Assembly (NCBI GenBank): GCA_035084275.1
Contig: CM068755.1
Coordinates: 3,596,001-3,660,000 of the forward strand
Length of the DNA stretch: 64,000 nucleotides
Origin: Hydrolagus colliei
Lineage: Eukaryota
Direction: 5' to 3'
In this document: one piece after another, positions 12,478 through 25,535 of the stretch
Layout: each line of letters starts with the position of its first letter
Numbering within the stretch: the stretch's first letter is position 1
Translations under genes and position numbers: made by a program
Notes under the pieces: generated by a model
Told to the model about the DNA's origin: nothing
Database searches by the model: none
The model's input: the letters and a program-made list of their open reading frames with translations, nothing else

Positions 12478-12798
12478 ATAATAAATAATATTATAATAAT
12501 AATCTTTGCTTTTGTTATAACTTTTCAGGTCTTCTAGACGTCTCAAGGCAGTTCACAGAATGTACTGCAAAGTGAATTGACTGTATACATGTGGGAAAAA
12601 CATGGCAGCCAATTGCGTACAGAAGTGTCCCACAAACAATTGTGGATTGAGTGACCAAATTTTATTTATTTCCTTGAGGGATTATTATCAGGCATGTGTA
12701 GTAAGGAGACTTGCCTAAGATTCTGCCCTGCCGGGAATCAAACCCATGGCTCTCGCTTGCGAGTTGAGTGCTCTAAGTACTGAGCTACAAGAGTCCAT
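12478..12798 (-). mobile_element. SINE-A
   Basis: Full tail-to-head match ending gagtgctctaagtactgagctacaagagtcca. Confidence 0.85.
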
Positions 12799-13419
12799 GT
12801 GGACAGGAATCAGCTTTAGCTGCCTGGGTTGGAGAGGGGAGTGGGAGAAAGAGAGAGAGAGAGTTTAATCAGGTTTCCTGCTCCAGACTTCAATCGAGCT
12901 CCCTTTCTCCTGGAACACAGACCAGGAATCCAACTCAACACATAAACGTCCAGTCTGTCTGTGCAGCTCAACACTGTACTGGGACAGTGGATTCATCAAC
13001 TCACATTTAACAATGAGCTATTATTGATTATGTAACACCCAGTGGGTAGACACCAGCTACTGTCATCTCTAGGAATAAACTATCTCAGACTCGCTGACTA
13101 AGGAATCTGGATACCAAGTGGTACTGGCTGCTGAGTTGGCGAACGCCATCACACAACAGACCGTCCCTGACTGCTCTATCCAAATGTTTGTTCAATGTTG
13201 TGACTCCATCTGCTGCTCACTCCATGGGGACGTGTAAAGCCAGTGGTAACCAGCACCCTATCAAAGTCTGGTGTCTTTCAGCGCATCCTAACCATATGGA
13301 GGCATGATAAACCCTCGCTGTCACACAGTGACATTGCCATGAAACGCTCTACGAATGCCAATCAAATGTGTGATGTGTGAGTCTAGATAGATCAATATTA
13401 TCTTGTGTCTGTGGCCATG

Positions 13420-13860
13420 ACAGTGTGTGTGTGTGTGTGTGTTTACGCTAACTGAGCATAAATGTTTATACCTGTGTACAGTGTGTGTGTGTGACGCTTT
13501 GGGACGTCCTCCCGACGTGAAAGGCGCTATATAAGTGAATTTTGTTGTTGTTGTTGTTGCTGTTGTGTGTACATGTGTGTATGTGTGTGTCTAGGTATGT
13601 GTGCATGAGTGTGAATGTGTGTGGGCCTGGATGTATACTTATGCATTTGCATTATAGGTGGAATGTGTGAGCATGGGTATGGATGTGTGTGAGGACATGT
13701 GCATGTGCATGGATGTTGCCACATTGGCATTGTGTGTGTGAGTGATTGTGTGTGTGTCTGTGTTTGTGTGTTTGTGTGCATATGTACAAATGTCTGCTCT
13801 TGTAATTCAATATTTGTGTGTGCAGCATCTGTGTACTGGATGCTTTCAGGCATGCATGCT
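13420..13860. repeat. Degenerate (GT)n-rich tract with an embedded L2 tail (about 13495-13560)
   Basis: Long TG/GT-rich low-complexity sequence; gggacgtcctcccgacgtgaaaggcgct(TTG)n lies inside it. Confidence 0.85.
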
Positions 13861-13885
13861 ACAAATAATGATAAAATACTACTAC

Positions 13886-14183
13886 TAATAATAATAATAC
13901 GTGCATTTGATATAGCACTTTTCACGTCTTCTAGACATCTCAAAGTACTTCACAGAATGGACTTTAAAGTGAATTCACTGCATATTTGTGGGCGAAACGC
14001 GGCAGCCAATTGCGCACAGCAGTGTCCCACAAACATGGACACTGGATTGAAGTGACCAAATCATTATTGCTTTTTCCTTAAGGCATTATTATCAGGCGTG
14101 TGGAGTAAGGAAACTTGTCCAAGGTTTCTCCCTTCTGGGAATCAAACCCAGGTCTCTCGCTTGCTGGGTGATTGCTCTAACAA
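13886..14183 (-). mobile_element. SINE-A
   Basis: Consensus match from tail to head. Confidence 0.85.
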
Positions 14184-14525
14184 CAAATAAATAAATAAGA
14201 TGAGCAAAAACACAAGATTGCCTTTTTTTGCAGAATACACGTGTGTTGCAAGCAACATGTTCTGTGCATATTGTGTCAGCACTTGCGTGCTTCACTTCAA
14301 GAACTACATGATTTCAGAATGGTTATATTTCTTAGAATAATTCATCTCCATTGCCCTGCAAACTTGTCCTCCCCAAATATCCATCTACTTCTCTCTTAAA
14401 AGTTGTTCTTAAGTCGGCTTCCACTACCCTTTCAGGTAATGCATTCTAAATACAAACTACTCGCTGGGTGAAAACATTTTTCCTAACCTCCCCCTGTTTC
14501 TTTTAACAAATATTTTAAATCAGTG

Positions 14526-14830
14526 ATAATAGTAATAATCCTTGCATTTGATTTGTGCTTTTCATGTCTTCTAGACGTTTCAAAGCGCTTCACAGAATAT
14601 ACTGTAAAATGAATTGACTATATTTGTGGGCGAAATGCAGCAGCCAATTGCGCACAGCAATGTCCCATAAACAGTCATGGATTGAAAATGACCACTTTTT
14701 TTTAAGGATTATTATTAGGTGTGTGGAGTAAGGAAACTTGCCCAAGGTTTTGCCTTGACCTGCTTGGATTCGAACACAGGTCTCACACATGTAAGGCGAG
14801 TGCTATAACAACTGAGCTCCAGGAGCTCCA
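14526..14830 (-). mobile_element. SINE-A
   Basis: Consensus match including ggattcgaacacaggtctcac..gtaaggcgagtgct. Confidence 0.88.
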
Positions 14831-15344
14831 GTAATTCACTTACAAGTTGTTTGAAGCACATAGCTGTCACATTTTCCTACAAAATACTCAGTAGTCTTTA
14901 TATAAGAAGGCATCAATTTAAGATAATTAGTAAACGACTAAATGTCGAGGTTGGGAGAAATGTTTTGATGTAAAGGGTAGTCAGGATATGGCATGTCCTG
15001 ACAGGAGGCGATGTTTGAGGCAGATTGGCCTACAAGAGGGACAGATACTTTAAAAAGAGTCAGCTCAGGGGTGTGGGGAAAGGTCAGGTAAATAGGACTG
15101 AAAGCATCCTGAGGGAGCTGAAACACTGGCCTTTTTCTGCGGGGTAAATTTCTACGATTTCTTTTTAATTCCTACAAAGACAGTAACTTCAAGTAAATTC
15201 CTGTGAAGTGCCTTTGAGACGTCCTCCTGACATGAAAGGTGCTTTGCCAAGAGTAAGGATTATTTGAATCATGCAGCCATGCCTATACTTGCATCCACAT
15301 GCTTCTGCTCACTGACCCAAAAGCTGGTGACCGCTATGTCTGAG

Positions 15345-15485
15345 TTGAATTCTGACAAAGGGTCGTGAACCCGAAACATTGACTCACTTTTCCTTTCTCC
15401 ATAGATGCTGCCTGACCTGCTGAGTGTTCCCAGTAACTTCTGTTTTGTTATAGATTTCAGGCATCTGAAAGTATTTTGCATTTTT
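15345..15485 (+). mobile_element. Penelope-like element terminal fragment
   Basis: tctgacaaagggtcgtgaacccgaaacattgactc..ccatagatgctgcctgacctgctgagt..ccag resembles recalled shark Penelope termini. Confidence 0.7.
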
Positions 15486-15489
15486 CTTC

Positions 15490-16140
15490 TCCACTATGTC
15501 TTGTCTTCTCTCTGACCTAAATGATAGTGACAAGAGCTTGTCTTGTTTGACCCTGAACTGTCCTTCATCCCCCACATCCGCACCATCCATCACCTCCGCA
15601 ACATTGCCAGACTCCGCCACTTCCTCGCCGCTCAGGCTGCCGAAATCCTTGTCCACGCATTCGTCATATTAAGGCTCAACTATGGAAACTCCCTCCTCGT
15701 CAGCCTTCCCGGCTCTTCTCTTCATAAGCTGCAGTTCACCATATCGCTCCCACCCTCGCCCGGTTCCATTGGCTCCCCATCTCCCAGAGGATCGAATTCA
15801 AGATCCTCATCCTCACTTTCAAGACATTCACAGCCTTGCCCCCTCCTATCTCGCCAACCTGCTGTCTCCCCCCTCAGTTCAGCAGGCTCCGGTCTGCTCC
15901 ATGTCCCCTACCCCGACCTGCCCTACCATCTGTGGATGGGCTTTCTCTGCCCCCACACACTGGAACTCCATTCCACAGTACCTTTGTATTGCTTCCTCCC
16001 TTGCTTCCTTCAAGGACGCTGTTGCTGCCCTCCCAACTGCCCTCTGCTGCCCTTCCCCTCTCTCCCCACCCCAGCCCTACCGTGTACACCCCCACTTGCT
16101 CAGGTCCCGACCTGACAGTTCAGCTCCTTGGGACATTCTC
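15490..16140 (+). mobile_element. L2 ORF2 C-terminal fragment (degenerate)
   Basis: FDPELSFIPHI..HLRNIARLRHFL..AEILVHAFVILRLNYGNSLL..LP..LHKLQ then LHWLPISQRIEFKILIL; L2 hallmark motifs. Confidence 0.9.
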
Positions 16141-16484
16141 TCAGCTGCTCATCTGATTAGAATGCACAATGCAATCCACTGCTATGTAAATAGCTGAAGT
16201 GAGCAGTAATTCTGTCATTCAGTAAGAGGAGTTCAAAGAGTTATAGACAAGGACTTCACAACTGTGTCGGTTTATAGGTACCAGCTAAACATTGAGTTGA
16301 GATTACAGCCTTTCACTCACTCTTCCCCCGTGTTTCATCGTAATTGCCCTGTGGCCTGAGTCAGAGAAAGGGCAAACTGAAAGCAGAGCGAGCAAGATAC
16401 GGATTAAAGATCGGCAGATTGTAACCACAGACAATGCAATCACTCCATTCACATAGGCTTCAATAACAGCAAGGTAAGTTATAT

Positions 16485-16760
16485 TTAAGATGATACTAAG
16501 CTAGGAAATGTAGTAAATGGTGAGCAGGTTAGCGCCAGACTCCAAGAAGACTCAGACAGATTGATAAAATGGGCAGAAATGTGGCAGATGAAGTTTAATG
16601 TGGAGAAATGCAAAGTGATGCATTTTGGTAGGAAGAAGGAGAGGCAGTTTAAGCCAGATGGTACAATTTTAAAGGGGGTAAATGAACAGAGAGACCTGTG
16701 GGGTCCATGTAAGCAAATCTCTGAAGGTGGCAGGACAGGTAAATAAAACTGTTAAAAAAA
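16485..16760 (+). mobile_element. CR1 RT fragment
   Basis: DDTKLG..LQEDSDRLIKWAEMWQMKFNVEKCKVMHFGRK. Confidence 0.85.
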
Positions 16761-17257
16761 ACATACCGCATATGTGATGTCACCAGGACACTTACAAACG
16801 GATGTGATATTAGATCTGTCATAAGAGAGTTTACTACATTACCTTCTGACTGAAGATGGACTTAATATTTGTACAAGATAATTTAGACCATAACAAACTG
16901 TTTTATTTTGTACTGAACAGCCTGTGATTGGAGGTCAATTCAGGACAAATCTGCAGAACCACTACTTCAGTGTGAGTGGTAAATGTATGGAATAGGCTTC
17001 CGAAGGGAGGGGGTGGAAAGAGAAGGTGTTGATTCTTTCAAGAATAAATTAAGATTCATTTCTGTTAGGATATAATATCTTGGGATACAGTTATATGGTT
17101 TGAGACATGACATGTCCAAGCGACCTTGGTCTTTATTAACCCAGCAACTTCTTATGTTCTTGAGCAGAGCTTCTCTTGTGGTAGTGTTCTACTTAAGGAG
17201 ATGTTAAGTAAAGACTTAAGTAAAGACCGCATTATTGAGGTTATTGAGTTTTTTTAC

Positions 17258-17565
17258 TGTGGAGTCCTGTAGCTCAGTAATTAGAGCACTCTCCTTACAA
17301 GCCTGAGGTCTGTGTTCGAAACCAGACAGGTCAGGGCGAAACCTTGGGCAAGTTTCCTTATTCCACACGCCTAATAATAATTCCTCCAAATAAAAACACG
17401 CTAATAAAAATTGGTCATTTCAATCCACGGCTGTTTGTGGGACACTGCTGTGTGCAATTGGCTGCCGTGTTTCACCCGCAAGTGTACAGTATATTCTGTG
17501 ATGCGATTTGAGACGTTTAGAAGATGTGAAAAGCGCTATATCAAATGCCAGGATTATTATTATTA
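17258..17565 (+). mobile_element. SINE-A full length
   Basis: A box tagctcagt, ctccttacaag anticodon-like arm, B box gttcgaaacc, (TTA)n tail. Confidence 0.9.
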
Positions 17566-19669
17566 TGTTTCCAACAGTTATAAAAAGTTTGTTGAGCTGA
17601 TTTCCTCTGTCGCACAATGTGTCAAAACGTGCAGCGTGAATGCTTCTCTGATTTATAATTTCGTCTCAATCGCGGACCAGACCTAATCATGAAAAAATGA
17701 ACATTTTTTCTTTGCATTTAGTACAGTACCTTTCTCATTGAAAGGAATGTCTCAAAACACTTTACAGGATTTACTATGACTGAGTATATTGTAGGAGAAC
17801 AGGACAGCCAATTTGCCCAAAGCAACGTGCCACAAACAGCCATGAAGTGAATGAATCAATTGTATCTTTAGGATTGTTGGTGGATGAACTGAGACTCCCT
17901 TATCTTCTGGAATCGTGTCTGGAATATTCTCTTCAAAGGAAAAGTGAGATCTTTAATGTCTATCAGACAGCACCTCAGTTTAACAGCTGATCTGAAGACA
18001 ATGAAATGACCTCTGATCATTTGCCTTATCCCTTTTTCCAGATGTCTCAAAGTGCTTCACATATTCTGTAAGGCTAATTGACTATATTTTTTGTGGGCAA
18101 AATGCCCAATGTGAGACGCGAACCACCCACAAACAACTTCAATAAAATAACATTTTTAGAGCACCTCGGGAGGACGTCCCAAGGAGCTGAACAGTCAGGT
18201 CGGGAAACAAACGCTTCTGACGCAGAGATGAAAGTGTTGCTGACCGAGCCAGGCTGACATCTCTGGATAGAAAAGGGATAAAACAGTGAGCGATAAGGCT
18301 TCCCGGCCAAGCTACAGCCTCCAAGAGAAACACCAAACCGCCAGACTATGTTACTTTCAGAGCCAGCAGTAAGGTGGGACTCACATTCCTAGCAAATGTG
18401 ATATTCATTTGTTAACAGAAATCAGTAAATGATGGTTGGTGTTGGTTTCTTTCTGCACTGCCTTGCTCCATGAGACACACATCAGAACTCAAAACAGCTT
18501 GATAGCCACCAAGCCTTTTGTTACATTTGTTACCCAGGAAAGGAATGGTAGGTCTCGGCTATTCTCTGGGTTGTCCTACCCTTGAGTTGCTCCCCTTCCC
18601 AGCCTCTCCGCAGTCATTTTGATAAAGGAAGCTCTGCAAATAAATCTTCCAAGAGGAAATACCAGGAAAGTTTAACCACTCTGCCAAGTCTCCCATACGC
18701 CTAGTGTCCTCTTTTCAACTGAATATATATTTTTTAAATTTCATTGAACTTAATCTTAAAGGGGAGAAATCTTAGTCAAGTTTGTTTAGCCTACACGCCT
18801 CTGTTTGTCTAGCAGTAAGTAGTAACCAGGTTGGTAGTGGATTGACAGATTGCTCTCCAGGGGTAAAAGTCCCTTAAAAATAACAATAAATTGGTCACTC
18901 GATCCACGATACCTTGTGTGACACTGCAGTGCGCAATTGCCTGCTGTGTTTTGCCCACAAAATATACACACTATCCAAGTTATCATTTATCCTGCGAAGC
19001 ACTTTGTGACATTTCAATGACTTGATAAGGCACTGCATCAAATGAAAGGATCATTATTGTTATTTATTATGAACCTTCTTAATCAAGACCGTTTGTGAGA
19101 CACAGCTGCACGCAATTTGGCTGCCGCGTTTCTCCTAGCAAAATACACGGTCAATTCACTTTACGCTTTGTGAAGCGCTTTGAAACTCCTTGAAGGTGTG
19201 ATAGGGTGCTATATCAAACGCAATGATGATGATTATCGTATTATAATCTTTGAACAGAGGCCAGGCCGTTTCCACAAAAAAGTTCTGCGTATTTTCTTTG
19301 GATTTTGGAAAGCTGGAAAAAGAATCCATTTGTCATGGCGAAGGTGTTTGGCACTACATCGTTTGATTGTTCCTGAACTCTATCTTTTTTTTCTTCAAGG
19401 GAACAAACGCTCTCTCGGGGTGTGGACGGGGAGGCATTGTGTGCGAGTGGCACCTGCAGGAGATCGGAAACGATAACAACGCATTCCCCAGCCGCCGTCT
19501 TAAATAAGCGTTTGTGTTGTTTGTGGTTTCAAGGCTTAATGGTGGGGCCCACGGCAACCAGGGTCCACGCACATTACAACAACAACAACAGCAATTAGCA
19601 AATTAATAGTACACTAATGAGAAAGCCGTGCATATTGGGGTGCATTTTAGATTCACAAATGTTATCATG

Positions 19670-20081
19670 AGGATCCAATTCAGGATCCTGGTCCTCATTT
19701 AAAGCCCTCCACAACCTCGCCCCACCCTACATCCGTGACCTCCTATCCCCTTACCAACCTGCCCATCCCTTCCACTCAGCGGGCTCTGGCCTGCTCCACG
19801 TTCCCCCAACTCACGCGCCCCACCATCGGGAGAGCCTTCAGCCACTGTCCCCAACTCTGGTCCATCCGCCCTCGCCCCCTCCCTAGCCTCCTTCAAGTCT
19901 CGCCTCAAGACTCTCTTCTTCGATGGTCCCGTTGGCGACTCCTAATCCCCCAGTTCCCTCCCACCTACGCCCCCCCCACTACCTGTCCTCAGCTCGGGTC
20001 TGAAGCATTGACTGTCCGGCGCCTTGGGACATCCTCCTGACGTGATAGGCGCTATACAAGTGTAATTTTGTTGTTCTTGTT
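19670..20081 (+). mobile_element. L2 3' end
   Basis: RIQFRILVL..PTIGRAFSHCPQLW..FKSRLKTLFF; tail ggcgccttgggacatcctcctgacgtgataggcgct(TTG). Confidence 0.85.
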
Positions 20082-21160
20082 AGAGATAATCTAACCAGCT
20101 GTCAGCTTGGCTCAGTTGGCAGCAGTCCAGCTACTGAGTCAGAAGGTTGTGGGATCAAATACCACCTCAGTAGGGAACGATGACTTTAGCCCAGATTTTA
20201 GGCAGTTTGAAGTTAAGAAAAACAATAACACAGAGGATAGTTTGGACATGGAACACCCAACCTGGAGCTCTGGTTGAGGCAGAGTTAATAATTGTTGCAT
20301 TTGATGTAGAGCCTTATCACATTGTTGAGATGTCTCGAAGCGCTTCAGAGAATATACTGTAAAACAAAATTAAAACTGAATATTTTGTGGCCAAAATGTG
20401 GCAGCCAGTTGTGCACAGCAGTACCCCACAAACAGTTGTGGATTGAGTCACCAAATTATTATGATTTATTTTATTTATAGGGATTATTACTTCCGGAAAG
20501 CGATCCGTCAGTCAACTAACAACCAAGTTCCTACTTAGAAGGAGACTTCGGGCTCAGGCTCAGAGATATTGTACTTCCACAAACCTACAGTCAATTCACT
20601 TTACAGTATATCCTGTGAAGCGCTTTGAGACATCGATAAGATGTGAAAAGCGCTACATCAAATGCAAGGATCGTTATTATCACTGCTAAATAAATAGATT
20701 ATAATGCAGACAATGCATTCGATTCTTGACAGAGAATCCCAAGAAACAACTGAAAGAAAGTATAGAACAAAAAAGGGCATCTTTATTAGAAATCCAGCGT
20801 AGTCAAGGTGGACCACATGACCTCCTTCTGTGCTGTAAATATCCTTGGTTGTATGGGGTGCTGTAACAGTACGGATACTCACAAGACCTGCTATAAATTA
20901 GTATTGAGGAGCTGTGAGTCAGAGCATATGCTGATGGGTCAAAATAGCAAACTAGGATGGAAAATCTAGGCATATTTAGAATCATAAAAATATACAGCAC
21001 CGAAGGAGGCCATTCAGCTCATTGAGTCAGCACCAGCTCTTAGAACAAGCTGTTCAGTGAAAACAATTCTCTCCTAAACTCTCCTTTGACAATTCTCGTG
21101 ACTGTCTTTGGCAATGACGGTGCCTGTATCCCTCCTTCCTTTGTGAAATTGAATCCTTAC

Positions 21161-21224
21161 CTCCGCAGTGTCCCAGAAGAAGGAGTTGGAATGCAAAGCA
21201 GGCAGACAAGATGCTGGTGTACAT
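21161..21224 (-). CDS. CD276: CD276 start-codon and signal-peptide exon
   Basis: ATG at 21224 reads MYTSILSACFAFQLLLLGHCG+G, then strong donor GAG|GTAAGG. 64 nt (phase 1) splices in frame to the IgV exon giving ...GHCG-GALNILVPE. Confidence 0.8.
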
Positions 21225-23365
21225 GATTAATGGAATGGTGTCTGTTGGTTCGAGCGCTCAGTGATGAGAAAGCAGAGCAGCGGCAATACTTTTCCTCTCT
21301 GTTCTCTTGGTCAGCTTCGCTCCATAAAAATCAGCAACGGGCCTGTGTACATAGCAAAGAAAGACGGACTCATTGACTGAATAAACAAGGGTGGGTGCGC
21401 CTCGCGTAGTGGTTAGCACGCTTGGCTCGCAGGCGAGAGGGCACAAAATGTATTGTAAAGTGAATTGACTGCGTGTTCTGTGGGCGAAATGCGGCAGCCG
21501 ATTGCGCACAGCAGTGTCTCACAAACACTCGTGGATAGAGTGATCGAATTATTTTGTGGGGGAGGGATTATCACCCCCGGAAAAGCGATCCTCCAGTCGA
21601 CTACTGGCCTACATAATGGACAGTCGCTACACTTTACAGCACAACCTGTGAAGCGCTTGGAGGCGCTGTGTCGACAGCAAAGGTCAGGATTATTATTTTT
21701 AGGAAATAATTCATCTTGTTTTAGTCGAAAGTCAAACAAAGACAGGGTAAGTGTTACAAAGTGACAGCCAACAGAGGGTGTAATATTCACCACGGTTCCC
21801 TTGTCTTGAAATCCCTTTTGTTACGCTGATCTGTAAAATATACAGTCGGGTGACATGGATCAGTGATCATCAGGCATATTATCACATCGCCCGTCCTCGT
21901 GTCACACTCTCCAGCAGTGGAGAGAGGCCAGAGTAGTGTGAGGGGCTATCTATCGATGCTGTCATCTGCTGTCCACAAAAACGCCATTTATTCTTTTTTT
22001 TTAAAAAGCCCCTTGTTTATCTAACGCGCTTCAACAATGAACTGGCCGAGGGAACCAACAGGAAAAAAATCAAGGATTCTCTTTCTGCGCTTAACAATGT
22101 GCCACATTGACTGGTGTATGATGTAAACTGGAGTTTGCAATGAGCTGCCAGATCGGTGATGAGGAATGCCGCTAATGAGTTTGGCTACATTACAGAAAAT
22201 TAGATGACCAGAACTCCAGAAATTGCAGCAGTTTCGTAATCTGGACAAAATAACTGAAATGTACATCAGCTGCTCAACTATCTCTTCATATCAGGATATG
22301 CCAGTTCACCCCAAAGCATTAGCTTGCTAAATGTGTAACTTAAACCTTCTTTACCACCGAGACTGACTATTGCACTTAAATTATGATATTAATAATAAGA
22401 ACAATTGTCGCAATTCATGCAACGCCTTTCCCATCAGGAGGACGTCTCAGAGCGCTTGCAGTGAAACCAGTGAAAGTGAATTCTGTGTATTTATAAGCGA
22501 ACTTGATAGCTCATTTGCACATAGCAGTGTCTCACAAACAGCCATGAAGTGCGTGACATGTTGTATCTAGAGGATTGTCATCCAAAACATAGGAACAAAC
22601 TCCCTTCTCTTTTCAAACAACATCATATGATCTTTAAACATCCATCTCAACAGACAGACGGGTTTAGGATTTCATCTGAAGGACAGCACTTCCGGCAGTG
22701 CAGATTAACGTGTTAGTTTACAAAATACACAGTCACTACATTTTACAGTAAAATCCTGTGAAGCGCTTTTAGGCTTCCTCCAGACCTGAAAGCCTGTATA
22801 TCAAACACAAGGACTTAATTTGGGGTTGATAATATCTTAGGTAATAATATACTATCTTTACATTATAAATATAAAACGTATTGCAATAAGCAATGCATAA
22901 TATAACAGATTCATAATTGCAAACCACAATATTCTGACCTTTCCGTAATGACACTGCCTACACTCACATCTAATGGTCATTATCATTAGTTGAAATATGG
23001 ACGTTCTATACATACTGCATGGAAAGCCCTTTATAAAATTCTCCAACCATTTGAAACAGATGGAGTGGAGCAATAAAGTCAGGCAGAGATAATAATAAAA
23101 TTCATTCTTGCATTTGATATAGCGCTTTTCACGTCTTCTTGACATCTGAAAGCGCTTCACAGAATACACTGTAAAGTGAATTGACTGTATATTTGTGGGC
23201 GAAACATGGCAGCCAATTGCGCACAGCAGTGTCCCACAAACAGTCGTGAATTGAAATCGTGGACTGATTTATTATTGTTTTATTTTTGAGGGATTATTAT
23301 CAGGAGTGGAAAAGCCCGTAGAGATGCACAGGCGACACACACTCACTCACAAAGTAATACTGATA

Positions 23366-23894
23366 CAGTAAAAGCCCGTTTATCCGGCACCCGGGGGACC
23401 TGGCCAATGCCGGTGAAAGCGCTTGCCAGATATTCGGGCGGCCAGCTGCCGAAAACCCACCACAAAAATATTAAAGTTCTTTTAACACACACCATACACA
23501 CCAGACTAAATAATAACAGATAATAACAGAATGATCTATTATCGTTGTAAATGTTGTAAACTGTACCATATTTCACCTTTACTGGTAGATCCTGCACTTG
23601 AAGCCATGATGCTGCGGCTGAGGTTTACAGTCCAGCGATTCTTTTTGCAATGGAGGACGCCGTGCGGGTGAAAAACACAGCAGCGCGACTTTAAAGCCTT
23701 ACTAGCGGCAAGCCGATAATCCGACTCTACTAACGGCAAACCGAAATACTGCACCTGCGCGACAATGACTCACAAATGCTCCACCTTATTGTTCCAGATA
23801 AGTTCCAGTTTATCGAATGGGGACTTTTTGGGGGGGCGTGCCGGTTATACGGAAGTGCCGGTTCATCAAGTCATGGATAAACGGGCTTCTACTG
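23366..23894. mobile_element. Tc1/mariner-pogo (Tigger-like) MITE
   Basis: TIRs CAGTAAAAGCCCGTTTATCC / GGATAAACGGGCTTCTACTG (19 of 20 match) flanked by TA (23364-65 and 23895-96). Confidence 0.88.
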
Positions 23895-24444
23895 TAATAA
23901 TAATCCTTGCATTTGATATAGACCCTTACCACTTCTTAGATGTCTCAAAGTGCTTCACAGAATATACTGTGAGTTAATTGACTATATTTTGTGGGTGAAA
24001 CGCGGCTGCCAATTTTGCATAGCTGTGTCCCACAAACAGTCATGGAATGAGTGACAAAATTATTCTACTTTTTTTTTAAAAAAAGCTTTAATCCATAGAG
24101 CAACCATTCCCTGTGGCTTTCGCGACGAGATGGAGCCATAGAACGAGGCAACATTTAATCAGAGCTATGAGCAGTCCTGCAGAACAAGCCACACTTGGGG
24201 ATATAATTCTACATTACAGATCTGTATCACAATGGACTTTGTAAAGAGTACAGTACCAATTTTGCTCTATTCATATAACTAAATTACAAGTTTCTGTGAG
24301 TCATCAGGGCCCAATGTTCCCTTATTGGTCACACCATGTTCTTTGACTAAGTGTAGCCTATTTAATTATATGTTTTCCAAGGTTGATTTATGTTCTATCT
24401 ATAATTTTTACAGAACAGAATTCAGCCCAATGTCCCAGCTCTCC

Positions 24445-24784
24445 AATAATAATAATAATCCTTGCATTTAATATAGCACCTTATCAAATTGTTGGGCCGA
24501 CTCACAGTGCTTCACAGAATATATTGTAAAGTGTACATTTTACGGATGAAACACAGCAGCCAATTACACGCAGCAGTGTCCCAAATACAGTCATGGATTG
24601 AGTGACCATTTTTTTTTAAGGGATTATTACACCCGGAAAAGCATTCCGCCAATTGATTAACTAACTCCTTATTGCACAGAGGCACGTGGAGTAAGGAAAC
24701 TAACTAACCCACTTTGCCTGTCAATCAAACCCAGGGCCTCTCATTTGCGAGGCGAATGCTCTAACCACTAAGCTACAGGTCTCC
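24445..24784 (-). mobile_element. SINE-A long subfamily, full length
   Basis: Tail, body, ccggaaaagc..ccaattgattaacta insert, and head. Confidence 0.85.
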
Positions 24785-25009
24785 CCTGTTAGTACAATGA
24801 AACTATAATCAAATGCCTCCCAACTCCTTATGTTTTACAACATTGCGAGATATTGCTTTATCACAGAAATAGCATGAATTCATGACTCATTCCCAGTATT
24901 TCCAGAGTATAATTTTACAGTTTGTTCACATTGTACTATAAGTATATACAACATCCTTCTTTTGCCTGGGGCGACTGGCGTCAGAGCAAAGGAATGATTT
25001 TAACATTGT

Positions 25010-25160
25010 CCACATCCAAGCATGAGGAATGTGAAGGAGATCGGTGCCAGTCGGGCGGAGGTGCTGGTTGGTGGATTGGGGAGTGAGTAGGTCGGGGAGG
25101 TAGGGAAGTGCCACAGACTTGTTGAACACAAAGATTTTGAAGTGCGAGGATCTTGAAGTT
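25010..25160 (-). mobile_element. L2 ORF2 fragment
   Basis: Reverse frame reads FKILALQNLCVQQVCG..PYLPDLLTPQ..HLRPTGTDLLHIP. Confidence 0.7.
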
Positions 25161-25535
25161 GACTTTTCAGTATATCCTGTGAAGCGATTTGAGATGTCTC
25201 GACGTTGTGATAAGGTACTATATCAGATGTAAGAATTGATATTTATTTATATTTCCTGTGCAATCATAAAACACATGATGAAAGCGCTCTATCTGCATCT
25301 GTTACAACTCATGTCATCTGGAATTAATTTCCTTTGACATTTTTATTGCCTGACCATGGTAACAATATTTTCTGTTGAATCTGTTTTCCAATTGATCTAA
25401 GGCTTTCACCAGTTGGCAGTGAATATCTGTTGTCCATTACCTTAAGTTAACCGAAAAGCCCCAGAGGCAGGAGACGAGCAGAGAATAACTTCTACATGAG
25501 AAGTGACCCATTACATGGAAGCAAATCCCTTAATA

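Noticed and set aside
17258-17335. tRNA-Val/Ala-like sequences (this one and many similar heads)
   Set aside because: They are SINE heads: always followed by the SINE body, with variable anticodon triplets and no proper acceptor stem, so not tRNA genes.
19354-19572. GC-richer segment and ORF considered as the CD276 leader exon
   Set aside because: No hydrophobic signal peptide with a good phase-1 donor; the exon at 21161-21224 fits far better.
22021-22300. Protein-like frame RFNNELAEGTNRKKIKDSL
   Set aside because: Multiple stops, no recognisable family and no splice signals.
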